A DNA stretch of 64,000 bases from Octopus sinensis (lineage: Eukaryota). The stretch lies in contig NC_042997.1 in NCBI RefSeq assembly GCF_006345805.1, forward strand, positions 62,868,001 through 62,932,000, given 5' to 3'. This document shows positions 11,533-22,988 of this stretch, in pieces; within the stretch, counting starts at the first letter, position 1, and each line of letters starts with the position of its first letter. Position numbers and translations under genes: made by a program. Under the pieces are notes generated by a model. It did not search any database and was not told the origin of the DNA. It saw only the letters and a program-made list of their open reading frames with translations.

Positions 11533-14500
11533 ATGGCTATTGTGTCAGAACTCCTACCAAAATTCGTAACGAAAGCAATGTTTGTACACAGCTCATTTTG
11601 CACTGAGGTATCTTTGTTATTAAGTGCTGTGCCTACGTATTTCCTTTCATAATGGAATCGAGCCAGTATATCTGAATGAATTGGTTAAACAAACTGTGTC
11701 GAAGTTTCGATGGAACAGAATCAGCTATCTGTAACAAAATTAGTTGACATAATCTTAGTTATGAAGGTTTATTTGTACCTCGCCTTATAAAACCGAGTGT
11801 AGTCTAACAATGAAGAATCACGAACCAGCGAAAGAAATTTTACGTTATCGGTTGACTTGCTAGAAATAGTTGAGTGAATCTCCTTCAAAACCCTTACAAC
11901 TGTATCAAAAATGGAAAGAAAGCTTCAATCTTGAAGTATTAGATACAATGCCTGAATAAAAGACAGATTAATTACTACAGGAATAACATTGTACGCTATC
12001 TGCTGAATGAGGTCTGAGCTAAGGTTAAACTCAACAAAGAATGAGACAAAAATTGTTGTACTCGATATTTGAATATTATGCTTGAAAAAAGAAAGACTGG
12101 GTCTAAACAAGAACAGTTGCGCGTATTTCAAATTTCAATTATTCTTTGTTATCATTAAATGACAGGATTAATGTCAATAGTAAGTAGTTCAGTTAATTTA
12201 GTAATTAAAATTAGATTTCATTATAACGCGGAATGGAAGAGAAAAAACTATATAATGTCAGTTCCAGTTCTTCAGATTATATGATGTGGAGTTTTGGAAA
12301 AGGTATGACAAAAACTATAGATGGAATATGCAAGAACAGAACAATAATCATTTGAGTGTTGCAATTTCTGAAAAGTACCACTTGTTACGTTGGTAGTAGG
12401 AGAAAACAAAAGAAGAGATTAAAAAATATCTTTTTATTAAAGAATAACAGATAAAAGTTACGCATATTTGATCGACCGACTTATAACTTATTCTGAATGC
12501 ACTCCAAGGCATGGATACGCGCCAGCTCATATATGAACGAAAGATATACTTTGGAAGGTATGTTTGATTCAACTACTTACTGATGAAATAGTTCTTAGTT
12601 CACTTTGATTACTTAATTCGTCTGCATTGACCACTGGTATGAGAAGTTTTTAAAAAATAATTTAGTGATGCGTTCTTACCCCTGGTCAACGGGGATCAAA
12701 GAGCTCAAAGATAAAGTGTTCCAGCCATGACTGTCGTATCATTTTTTCGTTTTCTTAATTTTTTTTATAGGTATCAGATATCTAATATTACATTAGCCAA
12801 TGAATTGCTAAATATCTTTTTAAAGATAGTAAAGGTAAATTTGACTACTATTTCTTGTAGGTCGAGCGACCAGACAGAGGCTTCTTTGTTGACAGTGTGC
12901 CAGTATATACCAATATTATACAGATTCTCCTGAATACACAGGAAGAGTCTCCTGGCAACATATTCCCTACACATATTCCATACACAATTAGCAACAAACT
13001 TGAATGTGTTATATGGATCTCAATCTTGACTACAGAAATTTCCATGAGATATGGCATGGCGGAATCCCGGATAACAAGAATGATTGTCGTGTGAACTTTG
13101 TGGAATGAACAAAGGCCGAGAAAGTAAAGAAGAATAAAACCACTTGATGCTGTAATTATTATTGTGATTTAGTCCTAAATGTAGCATGACCAAGCATGCT
13201 ACATCGAAATATTTCCAGTCAACACTATACTTCTCTTTAGTCAAGAGGAATTTGCCACCACAGTATTCAATGTGTCGTTTCTTTTTACAAAGGAAGCTTG
13301 TTCGCTGTGTCGAGTGATAACAAACAGGCTCATTGTTTTGTTTAAGCCACTGTCAGATATATCCGTTGTAACAGATTAAACCATGAAAAATGAATTAATT
13401 TCAGGTTGTAGAATGACTACAATCCAGATTGACAATCTTAAATGTATCATCTATCTCTAGACTGTATCTTTGCCTGCTCTTAACCAAGTGGTTTCTCAAG
13501 TTACACACTGACCAGAAAATCAACACAGAAATAGGCTCACATTGAAATCATGCATTATAATGCATTGGTATTTTACGAACACTACGTCTCCTTTCTAATA
13601 TATTAATGCACTATCCATATACATAAGAATAACAGTAATATCCATAGTCAAGCTACTTTTAAAATCTTTTCTACTTTCTATGAGTCTAAGACAGTAAAAT
13701 CCATCATTATCTGCTTCAGTTTGCTCGTCTTTGATGTAGCAGTAGCAGAGTTAAGAAAAGACTGATGTTGCAGATTACCCGTGGCTTTCAGATCAGAACA
13801 TTTCGATGAGTGTGATTTATGAATAAACTAATTTACTAAAATGGTGCTGACGTTGCAGATTTAATCAAAATACCCGGCAATGACGTATGTAACTTGAAAA
13901 GAAACATTTTTAATGATTTGCAAATTTGCTGAATACCAATGTCTAAATTTACGTCAATTAACTTTAGTTAAAACCTGGAATTTAGAGTCTCTAACTCTGG
14001 TGATATGCAACAATCTTATTCTCTGTTGAATAATATATATCACACAGCTTACTTAGAATAGAAACTCAAATCTAAATTTGATGTGGAAAATCTCACAGAA
14101 ACTTCTGATAATCGCTTTAGTTTTATGTAACTCTTACATACTTTCCTAAAAGTCTTTATCATTGATAATCATATTGTCATAAAGTTTTCAGGCTAGAAAT
14201 TTTAAATCAGTTAATGAAGTCTAAAAGTTGAAAGATTCTGACACTGAGTGTTAAATACCGTAAATTAGATAACTTTCCCTCTATAATTCATTTAGTAACT
14301 TCGTAAATGGTTTCAAGACAACAAACTGATACAGATTATGATACGGTAGATTTTATGTAACACGAAAAGCTCAACGCGTCTCCAGCTGAGTATATAGATA
14401 AGTGTGAGAATAAGTGAATCGAAAATAATAAAAGACTGTGATTGTAGCAGATATTGTGGCTTATTAGATTGTATTTTGTGTACGCTAATAACTGCTATGA

Positions 14501-16130
14501 AAATGACATCTTCATTCAGTCATCCTTCCACTCAGAGACGTTATCCAAACGCTATCCAGGTATTCCACTCACCACATTTGCATAACTACTATTAGCAGGT
14601 ACTTCGTAAACATTCTTCCATAGGAATATGACAATCTAGGCTACCTCAGTAGCATTAAGTCACAATCATTCTATGCAACAAGCGAACACTTTTGAAACAC
14701 AACAGCTTACAACAACCCAAGAACACACAGCTAATAACCCATCAAATTAAATATAAATTCTCATGGCATATTTTCCATATGTTTCAGTCCATCTTGTTGC
14801 AGGCGTAGAACCATGCATCGATACAATACTTCTCAGTAACTGTCTGAGTATGGTCATATAGATATTATTTAAAAAAAATAATTGTCGTGCTGAGCTAGCT
14901 TAAAGCCAACCAGAAGAAGGATCCAACCCGAAACACACACATGCGTACACTTGTGTGTGCGTACTTGCATGTCCTACGTGTTTGTGTGCGTTTGTGCGTG
15001 CGTGTGTATGTGTGGTCTGTGTGTATGTGTATGTGTCTGTGTGTATTTATTTATTTTATGTAATATAAGTTTACTTTATATGAATTCTTCCAACAGTCAA
15101 AAACATTTTTCGTAATAGATACTGATTTTCTTTTATAGTTCTAGTAAATTCATTCTGCTCTCTACTATTAATTAAGTTGCACTTAACAAACATCATAGAC
15201 TGAGATACAATTCTATCTTGGTTGGATACATACAACAACAAGCAGTCATTAAACTAAGATGAATGAGAAAGATACTTCCTTATGCTTGTGACAGGAGCAC
15301 TGGACAATAAAATGGAGACAGTGGTCCAGAATTTATTACTTATAAATCTCCTCTACTTTATTTAACTGAATACAAAATTTAGTTGAAGCATTCTGGCTTT
15401 GAAAACAATAGTATGGCGGTTACATGCTTTGTATCTATGGCAATTTAGTCTGTAAAAGGAAGGATCCCTTAAAATGTATGCTGCAATGTACAGCGCTTGC
15501 GTTGTGCCAAATTTTTCGAAACAGGTGTACGCTAAATAAATCGTTGATAATGCATCTTCAATCTTTATATTTTTCTTCTGACTCCTTTTCTCCCCCTCTC
15601 TTTTCCTCTCTATATAATGTAGATTATGTTCCACTACATTGGAAGAGGTCACATGTAATTAGCAGTTGCCCAAAGATGTCATTATGGCACTACTTCATAG
15701 TGCGACACTAAAGCAATATACAATGCCAGCCAAAAGACTTTCCTGAGATTAATATAGAGACTCCACCGCGCCATCATTGAATAGATACATAAACACGAGC
15801 ACAAGGAATATTGGTGAAACATTCCCATTAAAATTTCTACACGCATTTTGCTGCTGTTTTGAACAGGCAAAAAAAATATGCATCGTCATAGAGGTCAACT
15901 GCCTTGCTGATGAAAATGTCTCTTCCAAAACCCTAGAGAAACAGGATAACAATGGACAACAGTCTCGAAACCTCCAGATTATAAATTCACATTTGTACCA
16001 ATAATTAATGTATTTCGTTTTGTGAGTAAATCTCGAAGTAATAATCTGGTTAACCTGGAGTTTTCAGAAAAAGAAATAACTGGCTAACTCGAGCATTATT
16101 AATACAATCTATGAGCGAAACAGTAAAAGT
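11533..16130 (+). pseudogene. Decayed multi-exon ionotropic glutamate receptor (iGluR/IR)-like pseudogene
   Basis: Collinear fragments compared with the recalled AMPA receptor sequence. ATD: KQTVSKFRWNRISYL (11711) and ELLNIFLKIVK|..EYTGRVSW. S1: NKNDCRVNFVE..VKKN..YYCDLVLNVA (13073-13185; cf. NKTVVVTTILE..MKKN..GYCVDL). M1: ILVGYI..PY. M2: NLVEAFWL (15376). M3: RLHALYLWQFSL..MYAAMYSA (cf. [20 protein letters not shown]). S2: YGTTS*CDTKAIYNASQKTFLRLI* (15683-15757; cf. [25 protein letters not shown], same spacing), then HAF..C..ENVSSK. GT-AG introns with pyrimidine tracts at 12558-12770 and 15525-15622 keep the frame. Numerous stops and indels. Confidence 0.65.
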
Positions 16131-16264
16131 TTTGTGAAACTTTTCTCAAGTTCAAACTGTGAATTTGTTTTTGTTACCTATATTCCTAATATGGAGTTAT
16201 GTATTCTTGTTAGAAAGCAACTCTTTCCTTACATAAATATTTCAAATATTCAAAAATAGGGAAG

Positions 16265-16323
<59 letters not shown>

Positions 16324-16326
16324 CAA

Positions 16327-17009
16327 ATAAGAGTGCAAAATAACACATGAAATTGCAAGAAAAAAGAGCTAAAAATATATCTCGAATAGTCACACAAAAT
16401 CCACCAGCCTCATGAGATATACAGGAACTGCGAGCTGCAAGCCACAACATCTTCGGCGAGATAAACTCACAGAATGAAGTAGTTTGATAAAACCCTATCA
16501 TATGATTTAGAAATTTAACCAACATGGTCTTGCTTCTCCTCAGGGGTTTCCACAATTTACTCCGGGTTAAAGAGGTAGCTTGCTTCCTATTTGCTCATGA
16601 AAGAAAAAACCGTTGAACAGCTGGCGCTAAAATTCAAAACAGTTAAAGTGTATATAGATACACAATGGTAAATTAATATATCATGATATAGTAAATACAT
16701 TACAATATACGCGGCTATAGCAATTAAAACCAAAAAGGCAAAATTCATATATAAGGTTGCACAATAGCACCTGCAATTTCTAGAAATGAGAGCTAAAAAT
16801 ATAACTCGAATAGCCATACAAAACGACCAACCTGAAGTTGTTGATTTTGTGTGGCTATTCGAGTTATATTTTTAGATCTTATTTCTAGTAACTGCAGATG
16901 CTGTTCTGCACTCTTACTTATGAATTTTGCGTTTTTGGTTATAATTGATATAGCCACCTATATATAATGTATTTAGTATATTAATTGACTATTATAATAT
17001 CTCATTGTA

Positions 17010-17015
<6 letters not shown>
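16327..17015. repeat. Imperfect foldback (arms ~16691-16822 / 16845-16977) plus a third direct copy of the arm (16327-16415)
   Basis: gcaatttctagaaatgagagctaaaaatataactcgaatagccatacaaaa pairs with ttttgtgtggctattcgagttatatttttagatcttatttctagtaactgc. Pairing continues ~80 bp outward. Confidence 0.85.
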
Positions 17016-17062
<47 letters not shown>

Positions 17063-17064
17063 AA

Positions 17065-17489
17065 CAGTCATCAACTAAACTTGACTAAGTGTGTGAATAA
17101 CGCCTACATTGCTTGAAATAGGAGCTAAAATGCACATAACATATACTCTGATAGGGGTTGCAATCACCCCGAACACCGATGTATAACGTCGCAAACCGCT
17201 GTTTTTTTATTAATACTTTTTATACACTTTAGCAACCTGCTAAATCATCCACACCTTTTCATGGTGAATATATATACTCTGATAGACGAGCTAACCAGAA
17301 TCAATGAACGAGCTGGCCTTACTGAAGATAGCAACGGAAATTGCCGATACTGGCCGGTCAGTCTAATGAATTCTCATTTCGGTGTTCAGAGAATATGTTA
17401 TGCGCTTTTTAGCAGCATTGGAACATGTAGCCCCTATTTCTAGCAATGTAGGTGTTATTCACACTCATAGTCAAGTTTAGTTGACAACT
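17065..17489. mobile_element. MITE-like element with ~65-bp imperfect TIRs, TA-flanked
   Basis: tcaactaaacttgactaagtgtgtgaataacgcctacattgcttgaaatagg pairs with cctatttctagcaatgtaggtgttattcacactcatagtcaagtttagttga. Confidence 0.8.
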
Positions 17490-17548
17490 ATAATTTTCCC
17501 TTACGGTATTACGTTGCAAACCGCTGTTTTTATTAATTTATATTTATA

Positions 17549-18065
17549 CTAGCAGAATCGCCCGGCGTTGCTCGGGTTTGTAAGGGAAATAACTATATAA
17601 GCATTTTTAGAGAGTTACTTCCTTTATAGATGCCAATTCGGGCTTTCTTAGCCATTTCTGTTTTGGTGTCTTCAAGCCATGAAGTCGTTGTTCTAAAAGA
17701 ACGCTGGTCTCCTTGACAACGCATTACGACGTTGATTTCCTTACACTCCCTTCCCCACAGCTTCACGAGGGAGGGAAGAAGGGGGAGAAGCAAACACAGG
17801 TGCAGGTGTTTGAGCGTGGACGCCAACTCCGCCGCCATCGACACACGAAAAATTATGCATTAAAATGGAATAAAAAATTATGTTAAATTATTTTTAAAAT
17901 TGTAGACTCATCGTAGACGCGCGCTAATAGCCAGACGGGCTTGATATTAATCACGACTATAAGATACCCGAATTTGGTTAAACTGCACCGCAAAATGTGG
18001 GAGGAGTTAGGAATCTAAATCGTAGGAGACAGACACTCACACAACTACAGTTTTATATATATAGA
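17549..18065 (-). mobile_element. Non-autonomous Helitron (copy 1)
   Basis: On the minus strand: 5' TC(tatatatataaaa), 3' hairpin cccgagc-aac-gccggg then CTAG, inserted between A and T. Homologous to 44744-45141. Confidence 0.85.
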
Positions 18066-18534
18066 TATATATTCTTTCCTATTTTTGATGTGTGTTTTAT
18101 GTATATGTTTGAGTGTACGTATATCAATAATTTCTTGATTAATCTTTTGCCTTTGGCTTACGAACTTCTCAGCTTCAAAATGTCTGTAACATATCATACC
18201 TAGAAGATATTTAACCCAATATCAAATTACAAATAGCCTGTTGTATGTAAAATGTGGCGGGTTCGCGAGAAACACTAGGTAGTTATGGCGTATATGCAAT
18301 TAGCTGAATGACATATACACTATTCATACACCATTTTGCATCTGTTTAGGTAGCAAACTCTTTAGGTCTATAGAGGAATTTAGAAAAAAACATTGATTTA
18401 ATGATAGTGTAGATATTAAAATATAAAAAAGGAAACTATTCTTTTAAACTGATCGAAAATATAACTATAAATGTAGGTAGCGGATACAGAAATACAATAC
18501 CTAGGAAAGAGACACACATATACATGCTCATGCA

Positions 18535-18594
18535 CGCGCATACATACATAAATACATACATACTTACATACATACATACATACATACATACATT

Positions 18595-18659
<65 letters not shown>

Positions 18660-18733
18660 ATATATATTTATATATGTATACACATTTATATATATATACA
18701 TATATGTAATATATGAACTTATCTATCTGTTTG

Positions 18734-18792
<59 letters not shown>

Positions 18793-18815
18793 GTCTGTCT
18801 GTCTATCTGTCTATC
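18535..18815. repeat. Compound (TACA)n-(TA)n-(TCTA)n microsatellite
   Basis: Direct. Confidence 0.95.
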
Positions 18816-19499
18816 TATTTATCTATTTATGAATAGACACACATACACACATATATAAAAAGTGACATATTCTCAAGCATACGCACACATATACCTATTT
18901 ATATATTTAAATGGTGTTATATTTATACACACATAAATTTATACATACATATGTATATTTACATATTTATAGATATGCAAGCATACATACACTTATATAT
19001 ATATATATATATATACTGATACATACCACAGTCTCAAAACGCAAAAATTTCTAATTTATTTGTACTTAAATTTATTCAATTTTCCCAGTTTTTAAATTTG
19101 CCACATTACCTAAGTATGCATAGTTCCACGCGCACACATACATAGAAACATATGAATGTGAACATATTTGGTTCCTATATTAAATATATATTTTATTTCA
19201 TATTTCAGACCTCATGTGAACACGGCTAGAAATATTCCATTTCTAATTCTTATCCATATTTTTAATCATTTCCTTTAATATTCTCTCATTTTTATTCTTG
19301 GTCCTTCATGCTATATTTTACACATTAGCATCAATATTGAACATATTACATAATTTGTTTTTAACCGCTCAGTGCCATACAACTTATCAATCCTTCCACA
19401 CCCATCATGTTCCTTGGTTCTCTGGAAGGATTTGGTAACATTCCCGGTGCGAAAAGGTTTCTAAAGCCCTCGATGGATTTCATTATATAAACCCTTCAA

Positions 19500-19750
19500 G
19501 GCGCGTAACTTAGTGGATAGGGTATTCGGCTCACGATGATAAGATTGTGATTTCGATTCCCGGCAACGTGTTGTGTCCTTGTGCAAGACACTTTATTTCA
19601 CGTTGCTTCAGTCCACTCAGCTGGCAGAAGTGAGTAATATCTGTATGTCAAAGGGCCGGCCTTGTCACATCCCGTGTCACTTTGAATCTCTTTGAGCCCT
19701 ATGTTAAGGGTTCGCGTGTCTGTTGAGTGCTCACTCACTTGCACGACAAA
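19500..19750 (+). mobile_element. tRNA-derived SINE, family B (diverged)
   Basis: ggcgcgtaacttagtggatagg (A box), ttcgattccc (B box), central gtgttgtgtccttgtgcaagacactttatttcacgttgcttcagtccactcagctg shared with 21281-21598. Confidence 0.85.
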
Positions 19751-19779
19751 CATTTTTCTCTCTATGGAGCATTAACTAT

Positions 19780-20340
19780 CGTCAAGTTTTCTTCACTGTT
19801 TTTTACTTAGGGATGTCTTTTCTGTTGGATCCCTGCACTACCTGAACCATTTTCCCGTTTCATAGGGAAGGTCTTCTCTCCCAAGTCTTGTTGGCGTTGA
19901 ATTGTCATCGACATAAGGTGGGGAACATGGTGTGCAGAAGGTGCAAGTGGACTTCTAAATTTCTTCTGGGATGGGCAATGAAAACGCTTTGAATATCCTC
20001 CTAAAAAGTTGAGTTTGTACTGAAAAGCTGGGTAAGCAAATTTCGTTCCCGCACTTATGCTCATCTATACTCCTGTAATAGGTAACAGGCCTACGCAAAC
20101 TCATTTTTACCCCTGGAAAGAGGTGATCCATATTAGTCTGACCTCTATCCTTTGATTTGTCCTGCATGGGAAGCTTCACCAAAAGCTTTCACTTCACTGG
20201 CATATTTTCAGGATTCCAGAGACACACAAGTCATCACACTGCAACAAGGACTGGGCCTTGTGACAGAACCCCACACTGAACCAATGAATCCCTCCTTATT
20301 TCTTGGAGGAAGTCGATACTGGAATTGGTTCTCAAAGCGC
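19780..20340 (-). mobile_element. 5' UTR and ORF start of an RTE-clade LINE, body missing
   Basis: Minus strand reads gaagcttcccatgcaggacaaatcaaaggatagaggtcagactaatatggatcacctctttccagggg, resembling recalled RTE 5' UTRs. It continues ..GSAGIQQKRHP..NLTIV, like the segment before an APE endonuclease. Confidence 0.5.
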
Positions 20341-20621
20341 ATCATAAGTAATTATGAGAGAGTGAAAGAGAGAGAGAGAGAGAGAGGGTGAGAGAGAAAA
20401 AGAGAGAGATAGAGAGGGAGGGAGGGAGGAGAGAGATATAACGAGAGAGAGAGAGAACGGAAGAAGAAGAAGAGAGAAACCAACTCTGGAAATTTATTTA
20501 CCAGTCCATCTTGGAAGGATGAAAAGTAAAGTTAATCACAACATGATTGGAACGCTCTGTACATAATTATGCAATTCATATAACTATAAAGGATTTTCAC
20601 TAAGCATGAACAGATATAACT

Positions 20622-20820
20622 TGAAATAACTGTTCCAAATTTTGGCGCAAGGTCAGCAATTTTAAGGGAAATGAAGCGTCAATTACATCTTCCAGTAATC
20701 GATGAAAGAATGAAAGCAAAATCAACCTCGGTGGAATTTGAACCCAGAACGTAAAGAGCCGGAGAAATGCCGCTATGCATTTTCTCCGACTCGCTAACGA
20801 TTCTACCAACTCGCGACCTT
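20622..20820 (-). mobile_element. SINE family A
   Basis: aaagcaaaatcaacctcggtggaatttgaacccagaacgtaaag...gctaacgattctaccaactcgc is the reverse complement of SINE A. Confidence 0.85.
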
Positions 20821-21280
20821 GGAAGAGTGTGGAAACTTCATCAGCATTTTTATAGATACTTTCGCGTGTATGGAAGACATGAATTTCAGTTGGTCGGAGA
20901 AAAGTCTATGAAAGGATTTTGCTTTAAATATCTAATTACTGGTAGAAGCTATTTAACATTTCTTATGGTGATTGAGTTTTGAAAGAAGAAACACATTTAA
21001 TACAGTCCTTCGACCATAATACTAAGTCTAAAACGAAAATAATATTTCACCACACACACAAATACACGCTCACATACTCACACACACACTCGCGCAAACA
21101 CATGCACACGCACACACACGAACACACACACACGTATATATATATAAATATATATATATATACATAGACACACATACATACACTCATCCATCCATTAACA
21201 TGTGTATGCATCAACACAATATATAAACACATACACACTCACACACACATACACACACATACATAGTGTGTATGTCAGAC

Positions 21281-21710
<430 letters not shown>

Positions 21711-22312
21711 TGTGGTTGTGTGTGTGTATGTACAATATAAATAAGGTTATTTAAGAGATATCCCCATGCTTGAAATAGCAGCCAAAACCTTACTCTAAAA
21801 ACCACATCAAGTATTCAATACAGCACAATGTGAAAAGGCAAACAGACAAATAAAACCAGTAAAACTTGGACAATTTCAGACCCTGGGTTTCTGGCACACG
21901 ATGTCTGGATGGACAACTGAACTGGTCTCTGTATATACGTGCATATATAAGTATATACATGTGCGTTTATGTGAGTATTCGTATGTTTATGCATAAATAT
22001 ATGTAATTATGTACAATTAATGGTATATTTCATTGACAACGACAAAGTATGCCTATATACAGAGCTAGAAACTGAAGGTCTGAAATTATCTAATTTTTAC
22101 TGGTTTTATTTGTCTATTTGTCTTTTTACCTTGTGCTATATTGAGTACTTGATGTAATTTTAGAGTCACGTTTTCAATGCTATTTCAAGCATGGTGATAT
22201 CTCTTAGATACCCTTATTTATGATTTTAATAATTATTATAACCTATAAGGCTTTTTCTTTCCTTGCTACCACTTGATTTGATCGCTATTTCAAATAACGA
22301 TCTTATCCCTAT

Positions 22313-22369
<57 letters not shown>

Positions 22370-22641
22370 GATATACTTACACATATGTACATATACATAT
22401 ACACAAATATATACGTATGTATAAAACAAAGCCGTCACTTGCAAGTGAATATGACTTGTCAAAATGTACCATGCTTTCGTTAATAGTTTAAGGTGCCTAT
22501 GTAGTCGCGAATACATATATACACATTTCCACCCTTCTCATCCATCATCGAATAGAACAACTGGTATGTAATACCTGCAGAAAGTGAAGATTTCACTAGC
22601 AGAAAGCTGGTGCGGTTTTTCAACCGAGATGATTGTAGCTA

Positions 22642-22875
22642 CAGTAACCATTCACCATATCGTGGTTCACCTATTGCGCCCTCAGTACATCGCGGATTTT
22701 TCTGGCTTATATATGTAAATTTATATCGTGGACTTCTCAGTATATCGCGGTTCTCCGCAGCTGAAAGGTATTTATATTTTTTTAGATTTTAATTATTTCT
22801 GTGGTAAAATAAGCATTTTCACGCCTAAAAATTAATAAATAAATAAAAATACAGTACAGTTCTGCACTGTATAAC
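22642..22875 (+). mobile_element. Tigger/pogo-like element end remnant
   Basis: TA|cagtaaccattcaccatatcgtggttcacctattgcgccctcagtacatcgcggattttt, with repeated atatcgcgg motifs and tacagtacag, typical of Tigger subterminal regions. No second TIR found. Confidence 0.55.
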
Positions 22876-22919
22876 ACATTAATTAAAATATATTAAAAGA
22901 AAATACGTAGCGTACCGTA

Positions 22920-22988
22920 TTTGAAAGCAGAACGTAACGAGTCAGAAGAAATGCCGAGGTGATAACGGATTGTTAGCTCGCCGCCTTG
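22920..22988 (-). mobile_element. SINE family A head fragment
   Basis: atttgaaagcagaacgtaa...ttagctcgccgcctt is the reverse complement of the head. Confidence 0.6.

Noticed and set aside
12835-12860. Apparent 26-nt GT-AG intron giving the frame VERPDRGFFVDS
   Set aside because: Too short for normal splicing. 12838-12895 is a copy of a short dispersed repeat (also at 7818-7870), so the acceptor at 12923 is more plausible.
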